DNA of 64,000 nucleotides from contig CBDCSU010000004.1 of the NCBI GenBank assembly GCA_965221775.1, positions 352,001 to 416,000 on the forward strand. The letters are read 5' to 3'. The position numbers were made by a program, and so were the translations under genes. Within the stretch, counting starts at the first letter, position 1, and every line of letters begins with the position of its first letter. Of the stretch, positions 9,310 to 19,585 are shown piece by piece. Origin of the DNA: Candidatus Latescibacterota bacterium (GTDB lineage: Bacteria > Latescibacterota > UBA2968 > UBA8231). Below the pieces are notes generated by a model, which was not told where the DNA came from, ran no database searches, and saw nothing but the letters and a program-made list of their open reading frames with translations.

Positions 9310-10391
9310 CGCCTTCGGCCGGAGGGCTGATCTCCTGGACTGGTCGCGCCAGTGGCCGGCGGTCCCTCCTCCCGGCGCCAGCGGCGCCCCTGCAGGAACG
9401 CCGGCAGTCCGACGGCCAGGTAGGTGAGGTTGGCCAGGGCGTGGACGACGGTGGCGCAGGCCATGGCCGCCGCCAGGGGAACGGCGAAGAGGACGTGGAG
9501 GGAGTAGCCGTAGAAGTAGTGGTACGGTCCCGTGCCCGCCGGTGCCGGGATCACCATTCCGATCGATGACACGGCCATGATGACGAGGGCCTCCGCCGTC
9601 CCGAGGGACCAGGGGGGGCCGTCGAAGCCGAAGGCCACGTACGACTGGTAGATGATGAGGATGTAGGCCAGGTTCAGCAGGATGGAGCTGACCACGACCT
9701 CGGCCAGGGCAGAGGCGGACCGGAGGGCCACCAGCCCGTCAACGAAACTCCGGAGCATGCCTCCCAGGCGGGCCGCCAGGCCTTCCGACAGCCGGCCCGT
9801 CATGGCTTCCAGGACGCCGATGCCGCGGCCGCCGAAGGTGTAGGCGCCTGCCATGGCGACGGCGACGGCGACGCAGGCGGCCAGGAGACAGAGCTTCGCT
9901 TCCGCCAGGGACAGGGTGAAGGTGATTCCCCCGAGTTCGGTCTCCCAGGGGAAGAGAGCGGCCACCCGCCCCGGCACCACCGCCAGGGAGAGGGCCAGGA
10001 GCGAAGCCAGGCACAGCAGATCCAGGGCCCGCTCCACCACCACCGTGCCGAGGACGGCGCTGATGCTGGCGCCGCGGCGCCACTTGAGGCTGAGGGCGCG
10101 CGCTGCTTCGCCGGCCCGCGGCAGGGCGATGTTGGCGCTGTAGCAGACGCCGAGGGCCAGGGTGGCGTCGAGGACGGTCACCGTGGGGGCCACCGGGCGC
10201 AGCAGCACGATCCAGCGCCAGCCGCGCAGCACCAGGGTGAGCACCGTGGTCGCCGCCATGGCCGCCATCCAGCCGGGAGAGACCGCCCGAGCCGCCGACC
10301 ACAGGGCGCCCGCGTCGATGCCTCGGAAGGCCCAGTAGAGAAACAGGGCCATCAGACCGAGACCGACGACGTACCTGGAGAGGAACTTCAC
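9303..10391 (-). CDS. Lysylphosphatidylglycerol synthase TM-domain (UPF0104/flippase-like) protein
   Basis: Motifs LRGWRWIVLL, ANIALPRAGEAAR, VVERALD and PAPAGTGPYH. The GTG start at 10391 (MKFLSRY) was chosen over the longer ORF. Confidence 0.8.
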   Translation of the reverse strand: MKFLSRYVVGLGLMALFLYWAFRGIDAGALWSAARAVSPGWMAAMAATTVLTLVLRGWRWIVLLRPVAPTVTVLDATLALGVCYSANIALPRAGEAARALSLKWRRGASISAVLGTVVVERALDLLCLASLLALSLAVVPGRVAALFPWETELGGITFTLSLAEAKLCLLAACVAVAVAMAGAYTFGGRGIGVLEAMTGRLSEGLAARLGGMLRSFVDGLVALRSASALAEVVVSSILLNLAYILIIYQSYVAFGFDGPPWSLGTAEALVIMAVSSIGMVIPAPAGTGPYHYFYGYSLHVLFAVPLAAAMACATVVHALANLTYLAVGLPAFLQGRRWRREEGPPATGATSPGDQPSGRRRQ

Positions 10392-10428
10392 CGCGGGCGC
10401 CGCGGAGAGGGAGCCCCGCGTGGGCCGA

Positions 10429-10824
10429 TCAGGTGTAGACCTGGTCGGGATCGAAGATGCGTTCGTCGACGACTTCCCACCGCTGCTCATCGCGGTTCCA
10501 TCGCCGGTAGTAGCAGGAGTGATACCCCCGGGCACAGGCCGCCACTTCCTGGTCGACCCGGATCTCGAGGGAGTTGCTGTCGCAGTTGAGGCGGATCTCC
10601 CGCACCCTCTGCACGTGTCCCGACTCGACGCCCTTCTTCTGCACCCTTCCCCTCGAGCGCCGGTACAGGTGGACCAGGCCGCTCTCGAGGGTCAGGTGGA
10701 GGGCCTCCTCGTTCAGGTAGCATAGCACCAGGAGCCGGCCCGTCGGCCAATCGGTGACCGCCGCCGGCACCAGGCCGTCGGGCCCCCACTCGATCTCCCC
10801 GGCGATGGTGGTCTCCACGCCCAT
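10429..10824 (-). CDS. hisI: Phosphoribosyl-AMP cyclohydrolase
   Basis: Motifs DGLVPA, YRRSRGRVQKKGVESGHVQ, NCDSNSL and AACARGYHSCYY. Confidence 0.88.
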   Translation of the reverse strand: MGVETTIAGEIEWGPDGLVPAAVTDWPTGRLLVLCYLNEEALHLTLESGLVHLYRRSRGRVQKKGVESGHVQRVREIRLNCDSNSLEIRVDQEVAACARGYHSCYYRRWNRDEQRWEVVDERIFDPDQVYT

Positions 10825-10826
10825 GG

Positions 10827-11567
10827 TCACTCCAGGAGATCCTCGGAGACGTCGGCCACGAGGGTGCCGGCATCCTCTCCTTCGCAGATCCTCTGCACGG
10901 TGCCGGTCTCGGTGACGTCGAAGAGGTGCAGGGGCAGGCCGTTGTCCCTCGCCAGGATGACGGCGGTCTGGTCGATGACCCGCAAGTCGCGGCTCAGGAT
11001 CGTGTTGTAGTGCATGCGCCGATACATCCGCGCCTGCGGATCGGTCTTCGGATCGGCGGTGAAGACCCCCCGGGCGCCGTTCTTGGCATACAGGATGGCG
11101 TTGGAGCGCGTCTCCAGGGCGCGCTGCACGGCCGGATAGTCCGTGGTCAGGTACGGCTGGCCCAGCCCCCCGGCGAAGATGACCACGTATCCCTTCTTCA
11201 GATGCTGGATCGCCCGCAGGCGGATGTACGGTTCGGCCACCATGTTTATCTCGATCGCCGTCATGACGCGCACCTCGACGTCGCCCCCGGACTTGGACGA
11301 CAGCACGCCGCGCAGCATCAGGCTGTTCACCACGGTGCCCATCATGCCGATGTTGTCGGCCTCCGCCCGTTCGATGCCCCATTGGGAGGAGAGGTCGCCG
11401 CGGAAGATGTTGCCGCCGCCGATGACGACCGAGACCTGCACCCCCCTGGCATGAAGGCGAAGCACCTCGTTGGCGATGTGATCGAGGGCGGCGTGATCGA
11501 AACCGTACTCCTGTCCGCCGGAGACCGCCTCGCCGCTGAGCTTTAGGGTTACGCGTCGGTAGCGCAT
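10827..11567 (-). CDS. pyrH: UMP kinase
   Basis: Motifs YRRVTLKLSGEA, VIGGGNIFRG, GQPYLTTD and GVFTADPK. Confidence 0.92.
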   Translation of the reverse strand: MRYRRVTLKLSGEAVSGGQEYGFDHAALDHIANEVLRLHARGVQVSVVIGGGNIFRGDLSSQWGIERAEADNIGMMGTVVNSLMLRGVLSSKSGGDVEVRVMTAIEINMVAEPYIRLRAIQHLKKGYVVIFAGGLGQPYLTTDYPAVQRALETRSNAILYAKNGARGVFTADPKTDPQARMYRRMHYNTILSRDLRVIDQTAVILARDNGLPLHLFDVTETGTVQRICEGEDAGTLVADVSEDLLE

Positions 11568-11578
11568 GGTGTCCTTGG

Positions 11579-13018
11579 TCAGAGGAGGGGACTCTTCTCG
11601 ACCTCGCCCGCCGCGGGCCACCTGGCCACGACATCGTCCACGCGGCGGGAGAACCGGTCGACCTGGTCGGCGGCGAGCCCCACGAAGTCGGCGCCGCGGG
11701 ACAGCAGCTCCTCGATCTCGGCGGTGCTCAGGGGCACCCGGTCGTCGCCGCCGAGACGCTGGACGAGGTCGTTCTCGGTGGCACCCTGCTCCCGCAGGGC
11801 CAGAGCCGCCGCAACGGCGTGCTCGCGGATGGCCTCGTGGACCTCCTCGCGGCCCCCACCGCGGTGGAGGGATTCCATCAGCAGGGTGGTGGTGGCGAGG
11901 AAGGGCAGGTAGCGCTCGAGCTCGCGGGCCAGCGCGACTTCGTAGACCCCCATGTCGTCGACGACGTGGAGAGCGGTCTCCAGCAGACCGTCGAAGGCGA
12001 AGCAACTGTCGGGCAGGGCCACGCGCCGCACCACCGAGCAGGAGACGTCGCCCTCGAACCACTGGTCTCCCACGAGCCCGCCGAGCATGTGGACGTAGCC
12101 GCCGAGGACGACCTGCAGGCCGTTGATCCGCTCGGCGCTGCGCGTGTTCATCTTGTGCGGCATGGCCGATGAGCCCACCTGGCCGCGGGCGAAGCCCTCG
12201 GTAGCGGCCTCGGCCCCGGCCATGAGGCGCAGGGTGCGGGCCAGGTTGGCGATGCCGCCGCCCATCTGGTAGAGGCAGCTGACGACCTCGAAGTCGAGGC
12301 CGCGGGGATAGACCTGGCCCACGGCGTCGAGCCGCGCTTCGAACCCGAGGTGGGCCCGGACCCGGTCCTGGAGCTCTTCCACTTTTTCCGCCTCGCCGCC
12401 GAACAGGGTGAGCTGGTCGAGGGCGGTGCCGACGGCGCCCTGGAGACCCCGCAGGGGGTACGACGCGGCGAGGGCCTCGAGCCGCCGAAAGGCGATCAGC
12501 ATCTCCTCGCCGTAGGCGGCGAGCCGCTTGCCCATCGTCGTCGGCTGGGCCGCGGCGTGGTGGGTTCGGGCCACCACGGGCAGGTCGCGCCACTCGAGGG
12601 CGCGGCCCCGAAGCCGGTCGAGGAGGTGGACGTACTTGGCGGCCAGCAGGCCGAGGCTCGTGAGGATCTGAAACTGCTCGACGTTGTCGGTCAGGTCCCG
12701 GCTCGTCATGCCCTTGTGGATCTGCTCGTGGCCGGCGAGGGCGCAGAACTCCTCGATGCGGGCCTTGACGTCGTGGCGGGTGCGGAGCTCGCGCCGGTGG
12801 ATCGAGGCGAGATCGACCCGGTCCGCGACGGCCTCGCAGGCCTCGACGGCCCCTGCCGGCACCTCGATCCCGAGGTCGGCCTGAGCCTTCAGGACAGCGA
12901 TCCAGAGGCGCCGCTCGAGCCGTACCTTGCCCTCATCCGACCACACCGACCGGACCGCGGGGCTGGCGTAGCGGCTGGCGAGGACGTTCGGGTTCGAGTC
13001 CCGCGTCGGGTCAGTCAA
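11579..13018 (-). CDS. purB: Adenylosuccinate lyase
   Basis: Motifs NVLASRYAS, HKGMTSRD, GSSAMPHKMN and EGDVSCSVVRRVALPD. The start is uncertain; TTG at 13018 was assumed. Confidence 0.93.
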   Translation of the reverse strand: MTDPTRDSNPNVLASRYASPAVRSVWSDEGKVRLERRLWIAVLKAQADLGIEVPAGAVEACEAVADRVDLASIHRRELRTRHDVKARIEEFCALAGHEQIHKGMTSRDLTDNVEQFQILTSLGLLAAKYVHLLDRLRGRALEWRDLPVVARTHHAAAQPTTMGKRLAAYGEEMLIAFRRLEALAASYPLRGLQGAVGTALDQLTLFGGEAEKVEELQDRVRAHLGFEARLDAVGQVYPRGLDFEVVSCLYQMGGGIANLARTLRLMAGAEAATEGFARGQVGSSAMPHKMNTRSAERINGLQVVLGGYVHMLGGLVGDQWFEGDVSCSVVRRVALPDSCFAFDGLLETALHVVDDMGVYEVALARELERYLPFLATTTLLMESLHRGGGREEVHEAIREHAVAAALALREQGATENDLVQRLGGDDRVPLSTAEIEELLSRGADFVGLAADQVDRFSRRVDDVVARWPAAGEVEKSPLL

Positions 13019-13150
13019 AGTCTCGTGATCTGGGGTCGAAGAAGTGGCCGAGGACCGGAGCAAGATCATAAGGATTCCCCTCCACAATCGCTACCGCCAC
13101 CGTGCCCGGCGTGGACACCCCCGGGCGCCTCTCGGAACCGCGGGCCACGG

Positions 13151-14557
13151 CTACATCGGGCCCGCCCAGCGCCAGTAGAGCACGTTGAGCGGCGCCAGCA
13201 GGAGCAGGGACAGGGAGGAGACCAGGAACATGGCCGCCGCCAGCTGCCTCGGAGTCAGGGCGCCATGGGCGAGGACAACCATGAACGGCGCCGACTGGTA
13301 GGGGAGGAAGGCAACCGTCGTCGCCATGGCCACGCTCAGGGCGCTGGCCAGCGGGTCGAGGCCGGCCGCCGCCCCCGCCTCGAGGAGGCTCGGAGTGGCC
13401 ACGGCGCCCACGGCGGCGATGTCCATCAGGAAATCGAGGGGCACGGCCGCCGCGGTCAGCATCAGCTGCGGACCGAGCCATCCTTCACCCACCTTACCGA
13501 GGTGGGCTGCCGCGCCGGCCAAGGCGCGCTGGCTGAAGCCCGTCCCGTCGAGGACGGCCCCGATCCCGAAGAGGGCCACCAGGTAGAAGAAGAAGGGGTA
13601 GTCCACCTGACGCAGGCGCTCCGGTGCGAGGGGACCCACGCCGGGGGTGACGGCCAGCAGGACGACGGCGAGGCCGACGAGGACCGGTGGGAAACCGTGG
13701 ACCACGTCGCTGGCCCACAGGCCGACGCCGAGGAGCATCAGCAATGCCGTGCGGCGCTGATCCGCCCCGGCGCCTTGGGGCGGGACCGGGCGCCGCTGGC
13801 CGAAGGGCCGCAGCCGGCGCCCCCAGATCGCCCAGATCACCGCCGCGCACAGGAGCGTGCGCAGGGCGCCCATGACGGGGAACATCCACAGCAGCCACTC
13901 GCCCCAGTAGACGACCCGTCCGGTGACCGCCTCAAGCTGGCCGGCCACGACGAGGTTCGGCACGGTGCCGGTGAGAATGCCGGCGCCGCCGTAGTAGGTC
14001 CCGAACAGAATCGACAGGATCACCACCGGAGGCAGGGCGGGATCCTCGCCGTCGGGATCGAGGGCGTGGATCAGGGCCGTCCCCACCGGCATCAGCAGCA
14101 GCACACGTACCACGCCGGAGGGGACTAGGAAGGCCGCCAGCAGACCCAGGCCGTGGAGACCGAGGATCAGGCGCCCCCGGCCTCCGGCGAGCATGGGCAG
14201 GGCCGCCCTCGCCAGTCGATCCCCCAGGCCGCTCTCGGAGACCATCAGGCTGAGGACCATCCCGGAGAACACCAGCCAGATGGTGGTACCGGCGAAGGGC
14301 GCGAAGGTCCGGCCGAAGTCGACCAGTCCGCTCACCGGCAGCAGCACCAGCACGACGAGGGAAGTCCAGGAGATGGGGACGGGCTGGGCGGTCCACAGGA
14401 GCAGCGCGAAGAGGCTGATCCCGAGGGCCCGCTGCTGCTCCGCCGGCAGCCACGGCAGGGGCGCGAGGAATCCCGCCGCCAGGAGGACTGCGGCGACCAC
14501 GCCGACCCGGCGGGCTGCCCTCGTCGGCGGTGCGCCGGCCGCCGGGGTGGCTCCCAT
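13151..14557 (-). CDS. SLC13/DASS family permease
   Basis: 468 aa hydrophobic protein with FLVPSGVVR, LTGTVPNLV and FLPYQSAP, matching the DASS hairpin motifs. Confidence 0.8.
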   Translation of the reverse strand: MGATPAAGAPPTRAARRVGVVAAVLLAAGFLAPLPWLPAEQQRALGISLFALLLWTAQPVPISWTSLVVLVLLPVSGLVDFGRTFAPFAGTTIWLVFSGMVLSLMVSESGLGDRLARAALPMLAGGRGRLILGLHGLGLLAAFLVPSGVVRVLLLMPVGTALIHALDPDGEDPALPPVVILSILFGTYYGGAGILTGTVPNLVVAGQLEAVTGRVVYWGEWLLWMFPVMGALRTLLCAAVIWAIWGRRLRPFGQRRPVPPQGAGADQRRTALLMLLGVGLWASDVVHGFPPVLVGLAVVLLAVTPGVGPLAPERLRQVDYPFFFYLVALFGIGAVLDGTGFSQRALAGAAAHLGKVGEGWLGPQLMLTAAAVPLDFLMDIAAVGAVATPSLLEAGAAAGLDPLASALSVAMATTVAFLPYQSAPFMVVLAHGALTPRQLAAAMFLVSSLSLLLLAPLNVLYWRWAGPM

Positions 14558-14561
14558 GGCG

Positions 14562-15857
14562 TCAGTCCAGGGCGAACAGACTGAGGGCCGGGACGTAGGT
14601 GATGATCAGCAGGCAGGCCAGCAGGATCAGGAGGAAGGGCACGGAGGCCCGGTAGAGATGGAGGATGGGCCGCTCCAGGCGGGCGCTGGCGATGAACAGG
14701 TTCAGCCCCACCGGCGGCGTCGAGTAGCCGATCTCCAGGTTGGCGAGGAAGATGATCCCGAGGTGCACGGGATGGATGTCGTAGGCCGCGGCGACTGGCA
14801 GAATCAGGGGCACGACGACGACGAGGGCGGAGAACATGTCGATCATGCAGCCCACGGCGAGGAGGAACAGGTTCAACAGAACGAGGAAGAGCAGCCGGCT
14901 CTCGATCCCTCCCTGGAGCGCCGCCAGCAGACGGGCGGGGATCTCGGCGTCGATGAGGAAGGAGGTGTAGGCCATGGACGAGGCCAGGATCAGGTAGATC
15001 CCTCCCACGAGGACCATGGTCTCGCGGATGATGCCCGGCAGCTGGGAGGGCCGGATCTCCTTGCGCAGGATCATCTCCACCACCAGCACGTACATGGCGC
15101 TCAGGGCGGCGGCCTCGCTGACGGCGATGAACCCGGAGTAGATGCCGGCGATCACGGCCACGGGCAAGAGCAGCTCCCAGACCGCGTCAACGCAGGCGGA
15201 TACAACCCTCGCTCCCGACCTCGCCGGAGGATTCCCCGGGATCCCGGCCGGCGGCTCCGGAAGGGAGGTGCGGCCGACGCGGCGTCCGACGACGAAACCG
15301 TACCCGGCGAGAGCCAGGACCAGGAGCATGCCCGGAGCGATGCCGGCGACGAACAGCTGGTCGATCGGCGTCTCCGAGACGATTCCGTAGAGGATCAGGG
15401 GGATGCTCGGCGGGAAGAGCAGGCCCAGGCTCCCGGAGGTGGTGAGCAAGCCGAGGGAGAAGGACTCGGGGTAGCGGGCCTGTTGCAGGGCGGGAAAGAG
15501 CAGTCCGCCCACGGCGACGATGGTCATCCCCGAGGCGCCGGTGAAGGCGGTGAGGAGAGCGCACACCGACAGGGCCATGATCGCCAGCCCTCCAGGCAGC
15601 CACCACAGAAGCGCCTCCGACAGCCGGACGAGACGGCGGGCGGCTCCGCTCTCGGCGAGCAGGAACCCGCTGAAGGCGAAGAGGGGGATCGCCGTCAGAG
15701 CCGGCTCGTCGGCGAGCCGGTACATCTCGATGAACAGCACGGTGAGGTCGACGCCGTCGGAGGCGAAGACCACGAGAGCGAGGACGGCGATGACCACGAA
15801 GAGGGGCGTCCCGACCGTGGCCAGCAGGAGTCCCGTCAGAGTGGTGAGGAGGGACAC
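14562..15857 (-). CDS. dctM: TRAP transporter large permease subunit
   Basis: Motifs AIPLFAFSG, GSLGLLFPPSIPLILYG and NLEIGYSTPPVGLNLF. The GTG start is adjacent to the dctQ stop. Confidence 0.9.
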   Translation of the reverse strand: MSLLTTLTGLLLATVGTPLFVVIAVLALVVFASDGVDLTVLFIEMYRLADEPALTAIPLFAFSGFLLAESGAARRLVRLSEALLWWLPGGLAIMALSVCALLTAFTGASGMTIVAVGGLLFPALQQARYPESFSLGLLTTSGSLGLLFPPSIPLILYGIVSETPIDQLFVAGIAPGMLLVLALAGYGFVVGRRVGRTSLPEPPAGIPGNPPARSGARVVSACVDAVWELLLPVAVIAGIYSGFIAVSEAAALSAMYVLVVEMILRKEIRPSQLPGIIRETMVLVGGIYLILASSMAYTSFLIDAEIPARLLAALQGGIESRLLFLVLLNLFLLAVGCMIDMFSALVVVVPLILPVAAAYDIHPVHLGIIFLANLEIGYSTPPVGLNLFIASARLERPILHLYRASVPFLLILLACLLIITYVPALSLFALD

Positions 15858-15858
15858 G

Positions 15859-16341
15859 TCAGGCCCCGCTGCGCACCCGGCGCCAGCCGTTGACGAGAAA
15901 GCGCAGGGCCATGCCGGCGAAGACGGCGGGGAAGACGAGCTGGGCGACCCAGGCGGGCACGCCGGGGAAGGCCTCGGCCCCGTAGGCGCGTTCATCGAGG
16001 ACGAATCGCAGGGCGATAGGGGCCAGGACCCCGCAGAGGGCGGCAGCCACCAAGTCTCCCAGGGCCGCCACTCGGGGCCGCCAGGGCGGGGGCACCAGAC
16101 GCAGGACCGCGTCGATGCGGATGTGCCGGTCCTGGCGGGTGGCGACCAGGGCCCCCAGGAAGCTCGACCAGAGAACGAGGTGGCGCAGCAGCGGGTCGGC
16201 CCAGAACCAGGTGATCTGGAACAGGTTGCGCATCAGGATCTGGGCGAAGGCGAGGCCCAGAAGACAGCCCACGAGGACGACGAGAGCGACCTCCTCGGGG
16301 CGCCGGTGGAGGGGGGAGCGCGTTGGTTCGGCGGCCTTCAT
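15859..16341 (-). CDS. dctQ: TRAP transporter small permease subunit
   Basis: About 160 aa with four TM segments and the motif LWSSFLGALVATRQDRHIRID. ATGA overlap with dctP. Confidence 0.88.
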   Translation of the reverse strand: MKAAEPTRSPLHRRPEEVALVVLVGCLLGLAFAQILMRNLFQITWFWADPLLRHLVLWSSFLGALVATRQDRHIRIDAVLRLVPPPWRPRVAALGDLVAAALCGVLAPIALRFVLDERAYGAEAFPGVPAWVAQLVFPAVFAGMALRFLVNGWRRVRSGA

Positions 16342-17387
16342 CCTCCGTCCCGGCGCTCGCGGAAGTCGGCCAGATGCCGCAGGATCCGCTCGTACACCGG
16401 GGCCGAGAAGGCGCGTCCGACGAGCTCGGGGCGCGACTCCTCCACCAGGGACCGGAAGGAAGCGACATCCGCCTCCGTCGGGACGACGGGCTGAAGCCCC
16501 TCGGCCCGCATGATCCGCAGGGCCTCCTCGTTGTCGCCGCGGCCCCTCAGGTTGTGCTCGCCGATCCGGGCGGCTGCGACTCGGGTGAGGAGCTCCTGGT
16601 GCTCGGCGGAGAGGGCGTCGAAGTACTTCCGGTGGACCACGAAGGCGCCGAGGGTGTAGTTGATCGGCAGCTCGGTGTAGTAGCGGACCCTCGTGAACCA
16701 CTGCAGGACGATCGCCGCCGCCGGCGAGGCATAGACCACGTCCACCAGGTTGGTCTGCAGGCCGAGGAGCACATCCGGAATCGCCAGGGGAACCGAGGTG
16801 ACCCCCGCCTTCTTGAAGAGCACCTCGGTGATCGGCTCTCCCTGCAGCCTCCAGATCTTGAGACCGCGGAGGTCTCCCGTTCCGCGCACCGGGTCCTTCG
16901 ACAACAAGTGGACGAAGCCGATGTCGGCCCACCCGAGGAGCACGAATCCCTGGTCGAGGAAGAGGGCCTTGAACTCCTCCTCCGTCTGGGCGAGGACGTA
17001 GTCGATCTCGTCGTAGCCGCCGAAGAGGAAGGGCATCTCCAGGGCGAGCACCTCCCGGCACACGCGGCTGACGCCGGTACCCCCGAGGGCGGCTCCCTGC
17101 AGCTGGCCGATCCGGATCTTGCGCAGTATCACATCCTCGTCGCCCTGCACTCCCCCTGGGTAGATCCGCAACTGAAGGACATCGTCGGTGGCGGCCCTCA
17201 GGTCCGCGTCCATCTCCCGCAGCGCCCGGGCCCAGCCGCTGCCCTCGGGTGCGAGGGTTGAGATCTTCAGGACCGTGGCCGCCTCCGCCGGGCCGGGGGC
17301 CCAGAGTGCCACTGCCATCCCGGCGGCGAGGACGGCCAGACACGCCCGCGGAAAGCGAATCCGCACGGCGGCTTCAGAAGTATTCAT
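16338..17387 (-). CDS. dctP: TRAP transporter substrate-binding protein (TatP-type DctP)
   Basis: Signal peptide, then LKISTLAPEGSGW and YPGGVQGDE...LRKIRIGQLQG. The start could instead be GTG at 17366. Confidence 0.88.
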   Translation of the reverse strand: MNTSEAAVRIRFPRACLAVLAAGMAVALWAPGPAEAATVLKISTLAPEGSGWARALREMDADLRAATDDVLQLRIYPGGVQGDEDVILRKIRIGQLQGAALGGTGVSRVCREVLALEMPFLFGGYDEIDYVLAQTEEEFKALFLDQGFVLLGWADIGFVHLLSKDPVRGTGDLRGLKIWRLQGEPITEVLFKKAGVTSVPLAIPDVLLGLQTNLVDVVYASPAAAIVLQWFTRVRYYTELPINYTLGAFVVHRKYFDALSAEHQELLTRVAAARIGEHNLRGRGDNEEALRIMRAEGLQPVVPTEADVASFRSLVEESRPELVGRAFSAPVYERILRHLADFRERRDGG

Positions 17388-18246
17388 CGATCTCATCCAG
17401 AAGGAGTCGGGCCTGCCGCTGGGCAGCCGCGTTCTGCAGGGTGAGCTCCGGCACCGCATCGACGGGGCGGTCGAGGACCTCGCGCAGCAGCTCTTCGTAG
17501 AGCCGGCGGTCGAAGACCTGGCGGGCGTAGTAGCGGGCCTTCTGCACCAGCACGGTGAGGTCCTTCCCCCCGCTGAGCTCGAGGGCCCGGTCGAAGTGCC
17601 GGAGCGAGCGCTCCGGATCTCCGCCGAGCATGCGCGGCAGCGCCGCGTAGTAGACGCCGAGGAAGACGTGGGGGCCTCCCCCCTGAAAGCCCTCGTCGTG
17701 CTTGAGGACCCACTCCATCATGTATATGACGCGCGGAAGCTGGGCCAGTGCCGACATCGACCCCAGATTGGTGCCTACCCAGCCGCCCCAGGCACTCGCC
17801 GTCCAGAAGACCCAGGGCAGGTCGTCCTTCTTCAGGTGCCGCTCCGCCTGGGCGAACTCGCCGAAAGATGCCTCCCGCAGCCCCTTCAGCGCCGGCCTGC
17901 GCGCCTCGAGACCATCCCATCCGTAGTCTCTGGCGCGCCGGTACAGTCGGCGGGCTCTCGACGCGTCCTCAGGTTCGATCAGAACGGCATAGGCGGTGTA
18001 TCCCTCGGCCGCCGCAAGCAGAAGGTCATCGTCCTCCGGGCTGGACTCGAGGAGACCCTCGAGGAGCACCAGAAAGGTGGGTACCGCCTGCGCCACCAGC
18101 TCGACGTCGTCATGGCGGGCCGAGGCCGCCGACACGTCTTCCGTCAGGTTGCCGATGGCGGCGGACCGGAGGTATCCGCACGAGGAGACGATGGCCCAGA
18201 TGCAGAGAAAGAGGGCGCGGAGCGGGAGTCGCGCCGCCAAGCGCAT
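17374..18246 (-). CDS. tatT: TRAP transporter T-component (TatT) lipoprotein
   Basis: Lipobox IVSSC and a helical TPR-like body (LLEGLLESSP, FWTASAWG, LGGDPERSLRHFDRA, NAAAQRQA). It lies directly upstream of dctPQM. Confidence 0.82.
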   Translation of the reverse strand: MRLAARLPLRALFLCIWAIVSSCGYLRSAAIGNLTEDVSAASARHDDVELVAQAVPTFLVLLEGLLESSPEDDDLLLAAAEGYTAYAVLIEPEDASRARRLYRRARDYGWDGLEARRPALKGLREASFGEFAQAERHLKKDDLPWVFWTASAWGGWVGTNLGSMSALAQLPRVIYMMEWVLKHDEGFQGGGPHVFLGVYYAALPRMLGGDPERSLRHFDRALELSGGKDLTVLVQKARYYARQVFDRRLYEELLREVLDRPVDAVPELTLQNAAAQRQARLLLDEIDEYF

Positions 18247-18356
18247 GTTCCGATCTCTCTGGAGCGGGGAGCGGTTAAAGAGGGGGAGGGGGCCTGCGGA
18301 GTAGTCGGCCCTCCGAGCCGGGTGAGGATACAAATATCAATCGCACCGAGGGATCG

Positions 18357-19397
18357 TCAAGGAGCCGGCGCCTCCGCCCCGGCTGGTGGGTGGCCCTGCC
18401 GCACACAGCTCCACGGATCATCCGTATGGGCGCACGCGGCCAGGGCCGCCACCGCCGCCGGCAGCTCCCCCTGAAAGCGCGCGAGGACCGCCTCGAAGTC
18501 CGCCGACCGGCTGTGGTAGCGCCGGTACGACAGCAGGAGCGCGTTGTTGGGTTCCCAGTCGAGGAATCCATCGTATCTGCCGCCGAAGCCGGCGCGGGCC
18601 TGCCGGAAGTCCCTCCGGGCCTGCCGAAAGATCGCCCGACGCTTCCGGAGGACCTCGTCCTTGTCGGAAACGCTGGTGTACAGGCTGTCCAGGCGCGACG
18701 CCACGCCTTGGACGAACCCGGTGAAACGGTCCGCCTGCCTCCGCCGCCGCAGCGCTCGACGGACCTGGGCCGAATTCGATCCGTGCCGCTCGGTCAGGTA
18801 CTTCAACGCTCCCGCACGTCCGACGAAGGTGGCCGCGCTCTCGTTGTAGTCCGCGTGCCCCTCGGCGTAGATGTCGGAGTGGGTCAACTCGTGCAGGATC
18901 AACTCCGCCAGGCGGTCCTCGGAGTATCCCGCCATGGTGCTCAGCACCGGATCCTCGAGGTAGCCGAGGGTGCTGTAGGCGGACACGGGCCGAAAGATGG
19001 CGTCATACCCCTCGGCGCGCAGCCGGTCTCGTTCGGCCCGGGCGAGGCCCCCGTCGAAGTAGCCCTTGTACGGCAGCTCGCCCACGATCGGAAACCACCA
19101 CAGGAACGGCTCGAACCGGTGGGGCGGAGAGGCGGAGACGTTCCAGGCCACGGGGCCGCCCCCCGTGTCGAAGTAGCGCGTGTATCCCCTGGAGGCGGTC
19201 AGTCCGACGCGCTCGCGGCCGAAACGGCGCACCTCCTCCACGCGCTCGAGAACCTCCAGAACCTCGAGTGGAGTCGAAGGCTCGCCCATGAGTTCGTCGA
19301 CCGCCTGGCTGTAGAGCAGGATGCGTCCCTGGCCGTGGGCGAGGTGCGCGTAGTACTCGAGCTCGCCGCAGGCCGCCAGCAGCGGCACCAAGGTCAT
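18357..19397 (-). CDS. Putative zinc aminopeptidase lipoprotein (DUF2265-like)
   Basis: Motifs LLAAC, WWFPIVGELPYKGYF, AYSTLG...DP, HELTH and NESAATFVG. The start is uncertain; the ORF is open to GTG at 19586. Confidence 0.8.
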   Translation of the reverse strand: MTLVPLLAACGELEYYAHLAHGQGRILLYSQAVDELMGEPSTPLEVLEVLERVEEVRRFGRERVGLTASRGYTRYFDTGGGPVAWNVSASPPHRFEPFLWWFPIVGELPYKGYFDGGLARAERDRLRAEGYDAIFRPVSAYSTLGYLEDPVLSTMAGYSEDRLAELILHELTHSDIYAEGHADYNESAATFVGRAGALKYLTERHGSNSAQVRRALRRRRQADRFTGFVQGVASRLDSLYTSVSDKDEVLRKRRAIFRQARRDFRQARAGFGGRYDGFLDWEPNNALLLSYRRYHSRSADFEAVLARFQGELPAAVAALAACAHTDDPWSCVRQGHPPAGAEAPAP

Positions 19398-19585
19398 GAT
19401 GGCGATCCTTGAGACGACGAAGCGGGAAGGTGGGGAACGCCCCCCGAGGCTCGGCTCTTGCGATTGGCCCGGACCGGTGGGGAAGCGGTACGGCCTGCCC
19501 GAGCCGTGTGGCGGCGCAAGGGAAGGGGATGAGGAGTCCTTGCGTGGACGGCCTCCTCCGCGCGAGGCTGTGCCGCCCGGCAGCA

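Noticed and set aside
12989-13003. tRNA T-arm-like hairpin CGGG-TTCGAGT-CCCG
   Set aside because: It lies antisense within the 5' end of purB, with no acceptor, D or anticodon arm and no nearby integrase. It is probably chance.
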